The notes: generated by a model from the letters alone, not told the origin. DNA of 63,889 nt, filler included, from Octopus bimaculoides (GCF_001194135.2; 6 parts of 6 records of this genome joined end to end with filler, not necessarily neighbours in it), one strand, 5' to 3'. Shown: positions 38,098 to 51,600, counted from the whole stretch's first letter. Made by a program: numbers and translations.

Positions 38098-39345
38098 GAG
38101 AAAAGTCCGTATTCCATGCTGGCATGGGTTGGACGGTTTGACTGGGGACTGGCAAGCAAGGAGGCTGCACCAGGCTCCAATCTGATCTAGCAATGTATCT
38201 ACAGCTGGATGCCCTTCCTAATGCCAACCACTCCGAGAGTGTAGTGGGCGCTTTTTACATGCCACCAGCACAGTTAAGTGGTACTGGCATTGGCCACGTT
38301 TGGATGGTGCTTTTTACGTGCCACTGACACAGGAGCAAGTCAGGATGAGGGGGCTGGCATCAGCCACATGCAGGTGGTGCTTTTTATGTCCCACCGGCAT
38401 GGGGAGCCAGTTAGGCAGTACTGTCAATGACCCATGCATGAATGGTGCTTATTGTGTGCTACCAGCATGGGAGCCAGTCAGGTGGCATTGGCATCAGCCA
38501 CAACTACAATTTCCATTTGATTGTGATTTGATTTGATTTTGATTTACTTGACTCAATAGGTCTCAAGCATGGCATGTCACCCAACGATCCAAAGGTAGTT
38601 TTTTAAGTAGGCTGGTTATGCAACACTGGTGTAGGCTACAGCTGTGATCTTACTTTACTTGCCGGGTCTTCTCAGTCATAGCATACCTCCAGAGGTCTTG
38701 GTCTTTCGTCATTGCCTCTGTGAGGCCCAACATTCAAAGGTCATGCTTCTCCATCTCATCCCATGTCTTCTTGCGTATCCCTCTTGCATGGGTTCCTTCC
38801 ACTGTTAGGGAGTGACATTTCTTCACATAGCTCTCCTCATCCATACATAGCACATGACCATACCAGCACAGTTGTCTCTCTTGCACACCACATCTGATGC
38901 TTCTTATGTCCAACATTTCTCTTAGGGTACTTACACTCTGTGGTGTGTGCACACTGACATTACACATCCAGCAAAGCATACTAGCTTCATTTCTTTCGAG
39001 CTTATGCATGTCTTCAGCAGTCACAGCCCATGTTTCACTGCCGTGAAGCATAGCAGTTTGCACACTTGCATCATACAATCTACCTTTCACTCTGAGCAAG
39101 AGGCCCTTTGTCACCAGTAGAAGTAGAAGCTTTCTGAACTTTACCCAGGCTATTCTTATTCTAGTGGCAATGCTCTCTGAGCACCCCCCCCCCCACTACA
39201 GACTTGGTCACCTAGGTAGCGGAAGCTATCAACTATTTCTAGTTTCTCCACCTGGCATATGATGGAATCAGTTTCCTGGGCATCTGCAGTGTTTATTGCC
39301 CTTGTGCATCTGCTGCACATGAAAGCTGTCTTCCCAGTTAACATT
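38098..39345 (-). mobile_element. 5'-truncated RTE-clade LINE
   Basis: KLEIVDSFRYLG (end of RT), KGRLYDASVQTAMLHGSETW, LCWYGHV, G.RKKTW; premature stops; long 3' UTR. Confidence 0.88.
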
Positions 39346-39428
39346 CCTAGAAGCAAATTAAATGGGTAAGTGCACTGGAAGTATTCCTCTGTTAGAAACC
39401 CTGGTATTGGGCAGGTAAGCTCTATTAA

Positions 39429-42022
39429 CCCTTTAGTTCTCAGATTAATTTATCAAATGTAATGCTTATCTGTTCATATTAATTTTGATTTATTCAGGTT
39501 CAAGTGGGGTATCCACAATATTTGCTTGTAACTTTGTTAATTTTCTATATACAGATTTGAAATTTTGTAAATGGGTGCTTATAGGCCAGTGGTTTATAGT
39601 TACATAATTTTAGCTGATCTTTCTGACTAAATTTGACTTTTATGGGCAGGTAAATTTAATTAACAGGAGTAAAAACAATAACATTATGAATAAACACTAA
39701 AATTCATATTCTTAATACATCTTACCTGTTTGATTTGTTACTAAAATTATCCCAGATGTCAACCGCCAACAATTTTACATTTTTCAAGATGAGGTACATT
39801 AATTTGAATTAATTAAAATGCAGGTGTAATTGGTACAAGATTTTATTCTTTTTCTATATTGCATTCAAACGTTTTCATTGAAAATAAAGTACAAAACTCT
39901 TTTACTAGTCAATATCCCATTATATTCTTATACAATTTAATGAATTCATTTATGTAACAGAATGCATCTAATAAAAAAATCTCATTAACAGGTGAGACAA
40001 GGGTGAATACAGGTGTTTAACATACTGAAAATTAATATGTATTTCTCACTTTCACATTATATTTGTAATAAAATGAAAAGGAATATACAAAATAATATCG
40101 TTATGACATATTTCTCTCATGAAACTGTCTAAAGCACAAGGGCACTTTGCAAAAGGAACACATATATGAAGTCTCAATTTGATACCCTTTTGCAGTTTTT
40201 CTTTTTTTCAGTTTTCTTTTTTGCAGCGAACAGAGTCTGCAAACTTTTTTCCTTCCTTTTATCTTTTTGACTTTATGAAAGTCAATATTTTCTCTGTTGA
40301 CATCCACCTCAGTTAATTTTGCTTTTCTCCCAGTTCTGTGCTTTCTAGAAGAAAAGCCCTCATGTAACTGAGATGTGATGTCAACCTGAAATTTCAAGTG
40401 GTCGTAGTCCTTTGGTGGTGGAGGTACCTTGTGGCTTTTTACATATACAATATATGAATTTACTATAGTTAAATTAACTAAAAACCACAAAACGTACCTC
40501 TACCATTTCTTCCCAGGTCGACCAACTGGGTAATATGCCCAATATTGGTCGGATTTATCAATCCCATCCATATATTTGTTATAACAAATATTCAGTAGGG
40601 GTTTTCCCTCAGCGCCAACACCAGGTTGTTCATTAGAAGACAGAAATAAAATGTCTTTTGTCTTTGAAAGCAGTAACTAAAAAATTTTCTTTTTGCATTT
40701 GTAAAATGTCCCCTCTTTTTTTAAATTTTGTTTTCATTTGACAGGGTAAACCTTTACGGTTTCTCATAACAGTACTGCACATGTAAGTACTTACAAGGGC
40801 AAGATTTTCTGCCAAAGCCACTGAAGAAAAAAAACTAGGCAAAATAGAGGTGTCAGTGCTGATGGTGAAATGGTTCAGTAAGAGACCATACAACATCATA
40901 TGGTCTGTTTCCATTATATTTTCTACCTGTGTAAACATCGAAGTTTACACAATATCCAGTCGCTGATTCACAAACTTCCCATACCTTGATCCCCCATTTA
41001 GTAAGTTTGGCAAGCATGTACTGTCGAAAATGTACTCTACCCTTATAACCTATCATGGCTTCATCTACACTGAGATTTTTCCCAGGTAGATACACAATTT
41101 TATAATTATTAACAAGTAAATCAATTACAGGACTTACTTTGTACAGGGGATCGTAGTTTGGATCGTTTTTGTTGGGGGCATTAGCAGAATCAGTTAAATG
41201 CAAATACTGAGATATTTTTGAATACCTCATCTTTGACATTATACTTGAGATATATGGATCACCATACCTTATATCAGGACTCTAGTTGTTCTACAGTCAA
41301 GGAAGCTGTTTAACACCAAATATAATATTAATTGTGAAAAATGCTCTCATTTCTGCAGTATAAGTTGGCTCCATAGTGAATCATCTCTTCCATGACTAGA
41401 AGATAAAGATTGTGCATATTTGTTTGTTTCCTCCGCAACATTTTCAAAAAAACTTTTTGGTAAAAATAAAAATAGATAGTCCAATGGTTGAGCATCAGGT
41501 GGTAAATTGTGTTGTGGACCAGTGTTTTCTGTGAAATCAGGAATAGTGATTGGTGTTGTAATCTTTGACCATGTTGCCATATTTACGATATCATTTTCAT
41601 CACTTTCATTTTCATCACTTTTGTTCTCAAAATCTTCCTCATCCGATGAATAATCACTAATATCGATATCAGATTCATCTGGAGACAAAATACTCTTGTT
41701 TTCATTTATATTTTCTATATCGACAAGAATAATACCTTCAAAGTCAGAATCACTACTTGCTGACACCATTTCTTTAACAACTAAGGTACTTACTTCTCTT
41801 CAAATGTTGAAAAAAACCATGTGGTCTAAACAATTTCACAGTATTTATACTTGAATAAAGGCAGGAAAGGCTTCATCTCGCATTATCTCAAAGCTACGAG
41901 AATTCAATAATGTGATTTGTTTATTTTTTTAGCAATTTTGTAGAGCAGTCAGATACGGCCAAATATGGCTGGCTTGAACAAATAAAGGGGAATTAATTTT
42001 GACCAGTTTGAACACTAAAGGG
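39429..42022 (-). mobile_element. Full-length (2594 bp) decayed piggyBac transposon
   Basis: TTAA at 39425-28 and 42023-26; TIRs CCCTTTAGT (13 of 16 match). Transposase pieces 41769-40101: acidic N-terminus, LSVDEAMIGYKGR, HLYF(A)..FFSS, YNKYMDGIDKSDQ, Cys-rich C-terminus; several stops and frameshifts. Confidence 0.93.
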
Positions 42023-42560
42023 TTAACCCTCTGTAAAAATATATCTGAAGACAAGAATTCTGGAAGCCAGATAAGTAATGTTAGTATTAGTAATAGGGAT
42101 GTGGGTGGTTCTGGTAAATCCTGTAATTGTAGAAACCCTTGCTTATGTCCCCTTGACGGATTCTGTCTGACTACAAATGTTATTTATAAATGTGTTGTTA
42201 AAGAGGTGGGTAATTTGGATAGGTTTTACATAAGCAGTACTGTCAATTTTAAGGCAAAATATAGGGCCTACATGAACTCGTTTTTGAACGGAAAACTTCA
42301 CTACACTTGCCTCTTATGTACACGGTTTAAAGAGGAATAAAAAAGTTACACTCTTGAATGGTCTGTTATCTCGAGGGCCCCTTATTTTAGAGTTAATATT
42401 AATAAATGTAAGTTGTGTATAAGGGAATCTCTTGCCATCCTTAGGTCCTTTGGGCCTAAAACATTTAAATAAATTTACAGAGGTAATCCCTTTTTGCAAC
42501 CATAAGTTTTCTTCTACTTTTCTGAAAGTTTATAGAAGTAAAACAAGATGTGGTAAATAT
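42023..42560 (+). mobile_element. Penelope-like element, GIY-YIG endonuclease region
   Basis: CNCRNPCLCPLDGFCLTTNVIYKC...FYISST.NFKAKY...SF, then TLASYV...YTLEWSVISRAPY...CKLC. The upstream part appears to continue at 39345-39428 on the other side of the piggyBac. Confidence 0.8.
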
Positions 42561-42766
42561 TTAGTTTTACTGGGTTATGAAACCGGATAGTAAAAATTCT
42601 ATGATTAGCAGCCACTTACATATTTAGCAATGAAATAAAATAAAATTTTTTTATTTGTGTGTGTGTTAGAAAATTTGAACTGGTTCTGCGATAGATTATT
42701 ATCTTTAAATTAGGTTAGCAGCCATGTTGTAACTCCCATGAATGGCTAATAGTTGAGATTCCTGTT

Positions 42767-42851
42767 CATCCTAATGAGTGGGGTCATTGCTGAGATGCAC
42801 CTTAAATTGTAATTGAACCAGGGCAGTGAACTCCTGAAATGGCCATAGATG
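42767..42851 (+). ncRNA. Decayed type I hammerhead with long helix II, 3' of Penelope GIY-YIG ORF (HHR-6)
   Basis: CATC-CTAATGA (G5>A)-GTGGGGTCATTGC...32 nt...GCAGTGAACTCCT (11 of 13 pairs)-GAAA-TGGCCAT-A|GATG. Palindrome ATGGCCAT, AUA site. Confidence 0.7.
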
Positions 42852-43095
42852 TGTTTGACTTGATTTTGTGGATCTCTCTTATGCTCCTGGACTCCAATCT
42901 ACTATGGTTTTTTATGAAATGAACTTTTTTTACATATTTTTAATTGAGGGGAGTAAAAAAAAATTTTTTTTAGTCAATTGATATCTTATTTAGATTTTTA
43001 GTCGCATGACACGCTTTAGAATTTTTTGCCGATTGTATATACCTTCTTGATCGGCCATTCTATGTATTTGTATTTTTATTTGCATATATATTTTT

Positions 43096-43769
43096 GGATC
43101 CTGTTCAAAACGGGGACACCAGTATTTTCATAACAAAACACTTTGAAACTTGGGACACTGGTAGAATGTGTCATATAAATCATCTTTCTCTCTTAGTCTT
43201 CTTAACAAAAAAACGTACATCACAAGTTATTTCATGTTAAAGTTGTCGTAATTCTGTAATTTCAACCAATGACTGACGTCCATTCAGCCGTAAAAATTAA
43301 GTGCTGAGTACGTAAACAAACGATTCTCGGCGGTGATAAAATTATTAATTCCTTGTCAAAAAATGGCTGAAGCATATTGGCAGTAGCTAATAAACCTTTC
43401 TATTATAGGCACAAGGCATAGTTTTTGAGGGAAGGAGCATGTCAATTAGGGTTAGGGTTAGGGTTAGGGTTAGGGAAAACGAACACACGTGTGTTGCCTC
43501 TGCAAAATGTCAGAAGTTATGGAGATTAAATACGCTTTACACCGCTTAAAGTGCCAAAGGAGTAAGTGTAAACAGTTGAATACTTGTCAGTGATTGGTTG
43601 AAATTATCGAAATAAGACAATTTTTTACATGAAATAAATCCGAATACAAAAATTTTTTTCTGTTCTATAACACAAAATAGATAAGTATACGAAGTTTGAA
43701 AGTCTTTCAGTACCAAAAACATTACATAAAACATTAATGAAAACTGGTGCCCCCGTTTTGAAAAAGATC
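43096..43769. mobile_element. MITE with GG-initiated ~28-bp TIRs and 8-bp TSD (Merlin-like)
   Basis: GGATCCTGTTCAAAACGGGGACACCAGT / ACTGGTGCCCCGTTTTGAAAAAGATCC; ATATTTTT on both sides. Confidence 0.75.
43446..43475 (+). repeat. (TTAGGG)5 interstitial telomere-type repeat
   Basis: Five perfect units read directly. Confidence 0.95.
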
Positions 43770-43919
43770 CATATTTTTTACCTTCTGTGTTTTTTTATAT
43801 ATGTATTCTTTATATGTTAAAGGCCATGGTAATATTTATATATGGTCAAAGGTATGGAAGTGTGGTGTTATATAAAGTGATTGACTCAAATTTGATGTTT
43901 GTTCTCTAATCAATGTTTC

Positions 43920-44037
<118 letters not shown>

Positions 44038-44084
44038 GTATGTATGTATGTATATATATGTATATATATATATATGTGTGTGTA

Positions 44085-44137
<53 letters not shown>

Positions 44138-44598
44138 GCAGGGGTGGGCATGTGTGTGTGTATATATGTAAGGACACATACAGATGCACATAATATTAGA
44201 TTTGTCTGGAGCTTCAATTTTCACCTCAGCAGCTTACTCAATCAGTTTTAGACTCTAAAGGCCATACATAACAGTGATGTAATCTATGGCTGAATCAGCT
44301 GCTAAAGTGTTACTTGATTAATAAATGATTAATAATTGACTGATAAATTTCACTCTACTAATGTAGTATGTTCCACCATCACTAAATAGAGGACCATCAT
44401 CAGTCAATGTGTTGTCATTTTCTACAAACTTTAATTGATTAAAAACACTAATTGCTATATTTATACACATGTATATGCACACTTTCGTGGGTGCTTCTAT
44501 ATTTGTGTATGTGTGCGAGTGTTTGTATATGTTTACACATGTGTATGTAACAAATGTGTGTGTGTAAAAATATATATATATGTATGTGTATAGACACG

Positions 44599-44630
<32 letters not shown>

Positions 44631-45039
44631 AGCATGTATATTTGTATGCGTATGAGTGTGCAAGTGTGTGTGAGTGCAAGAGTGTGTGTATGTAAATGTC
44701 ATCAAATTTACATTTGATGCATGTGTGTGTATATGTTTGTGTATGTTTGTGTGTGTGTGTGTGTGTGTGTGTGAGTGTGTCTACTGAACAGATAAATGTA
44801 AGCTATTAGTGTTACATCTCTATATACATCTGTTGGGGTGTAATTAAAGATATATATGTGTGGGTAAGTCTATATAACTATATTCTGTGCACATATATAT
44901 TTATATAGATATAGGAGTATAAATGTGTTTTCGCATAAGAGTATATCTTTTATCTTTTATTTGTTTTACTTGTTACTTTAGACTGCAGTCATACTGGCAT
45001 ACTGCATTGAGGTGAGTATAAGACTTTAGTTCTTCTATA

Positions 45040-45253
45040 CAGGGTGGCCCAAAAGTAGGTTTACAGTTATCACATAGTCACTTTAAATTTCTTTTAAAAC
45101 CTTTTTTTTCATTTAAATTTCTATCTTACAAATTGAAAAATGAGCTTGACAAAATTAACTAAATTAGCATAGAATAATGGTTTCATATTTTTTTATAATT
45201 AAGATCTAAACTGTTAATATATGAATGTGAAAAGAGATTTTTAGGCCACCCTG
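45040..45253. mobile_element. Tc1/pogo-type MITE
   Basis: TA|CAGGGTGGCCCAAAA ... TTTTAGGCCACCCTG|TA. Confidence 0.75.
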
Positions 45254-45366
45254 TATATCTTATTTTGAATTTATAATAGTATACCAATCTAAAGCTGGTA
45301 TACAAATGTATACCATCTTACACAAACGTTTGTGTACAAGTATTAATATGTATGTCTGTGTAAAAA

Positions 45367-45580
45367 CAGCTAGATGGCAGAATTGTTAGCTTGCCAAGCA
45401 AAATGCTTAGTGGCATTTCATGTCTTTATGTTCTGAGTTCAAATTCCGCTAAGGCTGACTTTGTCTTTCATCCTTTCAGGCTCGATAAATTAAGTACCAG
45501 TGAAACAATGAGGTCGATGTAATCGACTTGTCCCCTTCCCCAAAATTTCAGGCTTTGTGCTTTTAGTAGAAAGGATTATT
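45367..45580 (+). mobile_element. SINE family B
   Basis: Matches family consensus. Confidence 0.8.
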
Positions 45581-46451
45581 ATTATCATTAGGTAGAGAGC
45601 TGACAAAATCACTAGTACACAGGGCGTGTTGTGTTTTGGGTAAACTGACCACTCATCTCAAGGATATCATATTTCAACCCTAGTCTAGCTAAGAAATTAT
45701 TTNNNNNNNNNNCAGCATCATGTTTTTCTGCCATTTAGTATCTTATCTCTTTATCTCTTTTTCTACTTTATAGTTTTTTTTCTTATACCTCATTTTCTTT
45801 ATTCTTTTATTCCATTTCTTTTATTTCTTCTATTTCTTTATCCCAATTCCTTTATTTCCTTTATTACTTTATTCCAACCCTACTAAATCTTTTTTTTATA
45901 TGCACCTTACTTTATTATCCGTATTTTTTTCTTATATTACTCCCCTATTTGACTTCTATTATTTTTATATTTTATCTCTTATTTTATATTGTTTTATTTC
46001 GTATTTTATATTGTTTTAACCTCTAACTTTTTTCATTTCTGATCTTCTCCTTCTAGCTCATATATGTTAGTTATATACAATCCAATTTATTTATCATTCA
46101 CTCTACCCTGAATTGTGGTACAATATGGACATATTTTTGAATACCAAGGAACATTTGTGCAGATATAACAATTTAAAGGATAAGCATATTACAATGGATT
46201 CTAATAAGTGGACTTTTCCTTTTTCTCTCTCTTTTTCTTTTTTCTTTGTGCTTTTTTCTTTGTGATTTTTTCTTTGTGATGTAATCTTGGGACTGAAAAT
46301 GTTTGCGGCTGAAGATAGCTTTAAACCATCCTTTCTATCAATTATATACTCATAAAATGATGCAACAACAGTTTGTGTATAAAGCTTGAAACATGTGTAC
46401 CACGGAATCCTTTGTGTTCTGTTTTCATTTTACGATTTAATATATGTATAT

Positions 46452-46817
46452 ACTCTTTTTACTCTTTTACTTGTTTCAGTCTTTTGACTGTGGCCATGCT
46501 GGAGCACCACCTTTAGTCAAGCAAATCGACCCCAGGACTTATTCTTTGGAAGCCTAGTACTTATTCTATTGGTCTCTTTTGCCAAACCGCTAAGTTACGG
46601 GGACCTAAACACACCAGCATCAGTTGTCAAGCGATGTTGGGGGGATAAACACAGACACACAAACACATACACACATACATATATATATATATATACATAT
46701 ATACGACGGGCTTCTTTCAGTTTCCGTCTCCCAAATCCACTCACAAGGCTTTGGTCGGCCCGAGGCTATAGTAGAAGACACTTGCCCAAGATGCCACACA
46801 GTGGGACTGAACCCAGA
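46452..46817 (-). mobile_element. SINE family A
   Basis: Near full-length, cut by a gap. Confidence 0.85.
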
Positions 46818-46984
46818 NNNNNNNNNNNNNNNNNNNNNNNNNNNNNNNNNNNNNNNNNNNNTTAATTAATTAANNNNNNNNNNNNNNNNNNNNNNNNNNN
46901 NNNNNNNNNNNNNNNNNTATATATATATATGTATGTATATATATGAATGTATGTATGTGTGTGTGTATGTTTGTGTGTGTATAT

Positions 46985-47195
46985 GTTTATGTGTCTGTGT
47001 TTGTCCCCCAACATTGTTTGACAACCGATGCTGGTGTGTTTACATCTCCGTAACTTAGCAGTTCGGCAAAAGCGACCGCTAGAATAAGTACTCGGCTTAC
47101 AAAGACTAAATCCTGGGGTCGATTTGCTCGACTAAAGGCGGTGCTCCAGCATGGCCGCAGTCAAATGACTAAAACAAGTAAAAGAGTAAAAGAGT
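46985..47195 (+). mobile_element. SINE family A, 3' half
   Basis: Tail through (taaaagag)n. Confidence 0.8.
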
Positions 47196-47702
47196 AAAAC
47201 CTCAATTAGAAATGAAAGTAGTAAGTATAATAACAATTAAAGTTAATCGCCACATCAAAGTGACTGTTCCCTGTTACTACTAGTTCGATCCCAGGCAGAA
47301 CTTCTGCTAGCTGGTTACATAGGTGCGGCGTGCACTCTGTCCATATACATTGGCAGCAGAGCAAGCATTTTTTTGTGTAGATAACGTGTAGATGTAGGCT
47401 ACGTACAAGCTGTAAGAATGCATAATCCACAGCTTTGTGTTCTTTGTAGTTTATTGGGAGTTGGTGCAGAGAGATTAAGGGTCCAGACAGACTTGACACT
47501 GTCTCTGATGATTTTAATCTATCGTTTCTACAGTGTGATTCGTTTCTTTCTCTTAGCCAAATATGGTGTCTGTGGTTACTCTAAGTATAGTATATTTGCG
47601 CACCGTTTTTGCTTTCCGTAGTATGTCGTTTCTGTGCATGCTGAACGTGGTTGACTTATATATAACTCCTAATATTTTCGTCTTCTGTTAGACAGCGTTT
47701 TT

Positions 47703-47898
47703 GCAGAATCGTTAGCACGCCAGACAAAATGCTCAGTGGTATTTCGTCCGTCTTCACGTTCTTATTCCGCCGAGGTTAACTTCGCCTTTCATCCTTTCGG
47801 AGTGTCGATAAAATATGTACCAGTTGAGGACTGGGGTCGATGTAATCGATTTACATCGTCTCCTGAAAGTGCTGGCCTTGCTCCATTCTTTGAAACCA

Positions 47899-47900
<2 letters not shown>
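47703..47900 (+). mobile_element. SINE family B
   Basis: Matches family consensus. Confidence 0.75.
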
Positions 47901-47933
<33 letters not shown>

Positions 47934-48666
47934 CGCAAGGAGCTCATCTATGTTACTGAATATGATGGTTGTATTTGATATTCTCTCTTATTGCTACTGA
48001 GAAGTGAAGCAATGGTTTCTGTAAGGCGTTACTTCAAGTCTTTGAATCTAGATTTCGAAGTGATCTTGGTAATTTAGGCAGCTATATCTGGAGAATGGCT
48101 AATGAATAAGAGTGTCATCACTGTGTGAAGTTGTCCGCGTGACGGTGGTGCAAGTATAGGTTGAAAAGGTGGGAAATCATTTCTGCTAGGCTTTCACTTT
48201 TTGAAATTTTAAAATTGACTGAACATTTTCAAATTTGGCAAATTAAGATAATTTTTCACGCTGAATCTGATGTTGTTATTCACTTGTTCAAGAAAAACTT
48301 CAGAAAAATGTTAGAGGTTAAAAGTTTGATTATTTTTACCCAATCAGAAAAGAGGATTTGGAAACTGGCATTTTCTGGTAATAGCTTTTATTAATTTTGT
48401 TGTGTCTAGGGAGAGTCATGATACCAATATATTTAATACACACTCTGTTTCAGTTTCACTTCCTTATTATTAGTCAATTGGTTAAAAATTCAACTAGCTG
48501 ATGTGTTTTGTTTTTGTTTGTGAAATTTCTGTTGTTGCTACTGGCAACCCTTTCAATGATTATTGACTGTGTCCATTACAGAGATCGCGTTTGTTTGAGA
48601 GTTTATTACGTGTGTGTATGTGCCTGCCAACGTGTAATTGTGTATGTATGTATATATGTATGTATT

Positions 48667-51600
48667 TGTTGTGCGAGAGTATGGCGCCCCCTGGCGAGAA
48701 TGGGCTGGACCACTAAATATAAATAGTAGCGGTCTGAGTAAGTGAGGTAGTAACTAGTTCGTATGTTGATAGTTGGAGTTCAAAGTTCGAGTTAGCGTGT
48801 TGGAGTGTCGGTTCTTAAAAGATTGTTGTTACGTTCCGTGCGGTTTGTTTCGATTATATTGTTATTACACTGTTGCAGTGTATTCGTCTATCCATAAGGA
48901 TAGAACATCTGTCGACGAGGATCGTTCGAAACTCACATTGGTTATTTGACAATTTCTGCCTCGTGGAAAACCTATTAGCCACATTAATACAGCTTCAAGA
49001 GAAACAACAGGAACAACTACTGGAGTTGCAAAAACAAATACAACAACAACAACAACACTTAATTGAGTTACAGTCGGTCAAGTCCGAAAATCCAGTAAGC
49101 TCGTTTACGCCAGACGGCGAGGCTAGCACAACTTCTAAATTATAATCCGGAGGAGGGCATTACGTTTCTCGCGTATTATAGAAGATACGAGGAAATTTTT
49201 AACAACGTGTGCAAGTCATAGTCGGATGAGCAGAAAGTAAGGCTTTTACTGCGCCAGGTAGCTCCTACCGAACATAAGAATTACTGTAACTTTATTCTGC
49301 TCAAAAAGTCTAGTGAGGCTGGTTTCCAAGAAACCGTAGAACTACTTTCAAAAGTTTTTTTTTTTGTGATAGAAGTTTATTATTCAACACCAGAATGGAG
49401 TGTTGGAACTTAACAAAAAATGAGGAGGCTGGTTTTATCGTCTGCGCCGGAGTACTCAACCATATGTGCGAAAATTTCAAGCTCCAGAATCTCACTCAGG
49501 ATACGTTCAAATCACTTATCTTCGTGCAAGGACTTAGAGCACCTGAAGACAGAGAAATCCGGGTAAGAATTCTCTCAAAAATGGAGCAAGCGAACCAGGA
49601 TGTATCTCTACAGACCATTGCAGAAGAATGTAAGACTATGGTACAACTTAAACATGATGTGAAAAAAATACAAGATAAAGAGTCTGCAAGAATTCAAATG
49701 TGTCGTCCAGGGAAGCACAATAAAAAAAATGTGTTGGGCCCTAATCGGTGTTAGGGTTGTGGAGGCCTACACAACAAAAAGGATTGCCCGTTTAAAAACA
49801 AAAACTGATGTAGTTGTCAGAAGCTGGGGCACAGGTGTTCTCATTGTAGAACAAGACTACAAGGCTCAAACACAAAAAGTTCTAAGGTGTTTTCAGCGGA
49901 GAGTGATTGCGACGGAAAAACAAGAAAATTCGTGCATGCAAACATAAATGATGTGAATACTAAATTACAGTTAAACACAGGTAGTGACATCTCGATTATA
50001 AATGCGGATACTTGGAAAAAAATGGTAAACCGAGATTACGTGAAACAGCGAAAATAGCGTGTGATGTAACGGGCGATACATTACATTTCGAGGAAGAGCC
50101 GCACGAAGCAAAATTATTCGTAGTGGATAATACAATCAACCTGTTTGATACAGATTGGTTAGAGCTATTCGATTTATGGTACCGCCCCATAAACATTGCA
50201 ATAACATAAATGGTTGTCCCATTAAAAACAAGTCTTCGGAAGAACTGAAGAAAAAATTGAAAAAGTGTCCCCGCAAATATTATCAGAGGATTTAGGTGTA
50301 TGTAGAAAGAGAAAGGCCTACTTCCAAATAAGTGAAAATGCTGTACCTGTATTTAAAGCAAACAGAAAATTATGTTCGCGGCAATTGAAACCGTAAATGT
50401 CGAGTTGGACAGACTCGAAAAGAGTAGAGTCATCAAAAAGGTAGATTACTCGAAGGGCGGCGCCCACGGTATGTAATTTAAAAAATAAGATTAGGCTGTG
50501 TGCCGATTTCTCTACAGGATTGAACGACTGCTTAAAAACATACCACCATCCACTCCCGACTGCAGAGTTTTCAAAGTTAAATGGTGGAAGAATTTTTTCC
50601 AAATTAGATCTGTCTGAAGTTTATTACTGATAAAAGTAAATGAAAAATGCTCAAAGTATTTGACAATAAATACACACAGAGGATTGTTCAGATACACACG
50701 ATTAACTTTTGGATTAAAAGTGGCACCAGCGATATTCCAGAAAATCATGGATAATACGTTATCTGATTGTGAATTTACAATCTCATAGTTGGTCGATGTT
50801 TTAATCAAAAGTAATTCTCGTGAACAGCTTGTGGAACACATAAAAGCTGTGTTTAAGAAAATTAAAGTTTTCGGGTTCACTTTGAGTGAAGAAAAATGCG
50901 AATTCTTTCTACCCCAAATTAAGTACTTAGGGTAAATAATTGATTAAAGAGGTAGACGTCCTGACCCATCGAAAGCAGATGCAATAAGGAATATGCCTGC
51001 ACCAACTAATATTCCAACTTTACAAGCATTTCTTGGGTTGGTATACTATTATCAAAGCTACATTCCTAATATGCACAAGTTAAGGGCTCCATTGAACGAT
51101 TTATTAAAAAAAGGAGTAAAGTGGAATTGGTCCACTAAATGTCAGAACACTTTTGAAGAAATTTTCAGAAAAATTCTAATCTCAGACTTGTCGATGTCGT
51201 AATGGACATCACTGTAGCATCTGATGCTTCCGAGCACAGATTAGGTGTAGTTCTACTTCATAAATACGAAAACGGAAGTACAAAACCAGTGGTTCATGTT
51301 TCGCGCTCGCTAATAGCGGCAGAGAAGAGATATAGTCAAATTGACCACTACATATAAATAGTAGCGGTCTGAGTAAAGATCGTTCCGTCGTCTCCTCTAA
51401 AAGTAGAATAGAAAATCTTTTTTCTAGCCTTAATAGCTACAGCGAAAGAGGTGATATGGAAGACGCGTGGGAAGGTATCGCATCAGGCACCTTCGTTTCC
51501 AGGCATGCTTTGGTTAACCTCTTTTTATAAGAGGGAAATCATGTATAGAGAAGAAATGACGAACGGCAAAAAGTACGAAAGGTGGAAGAAAGTAGCCCGA

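Noticed and set aside
44330-44410. Minus-strand CTGATGA ... long hairpin ... GAAA
   Set aside because: Five unpaired bases after A9, and helix I pairs only by sequestering the core. At best a heavily decayed copy.
47206-47499. 97-aa Cys-rich minus-strand ORF with an internal acceptor
   Set aside because: No recognisable domain or consistent donor and frame, so cannot be supported as an exon.
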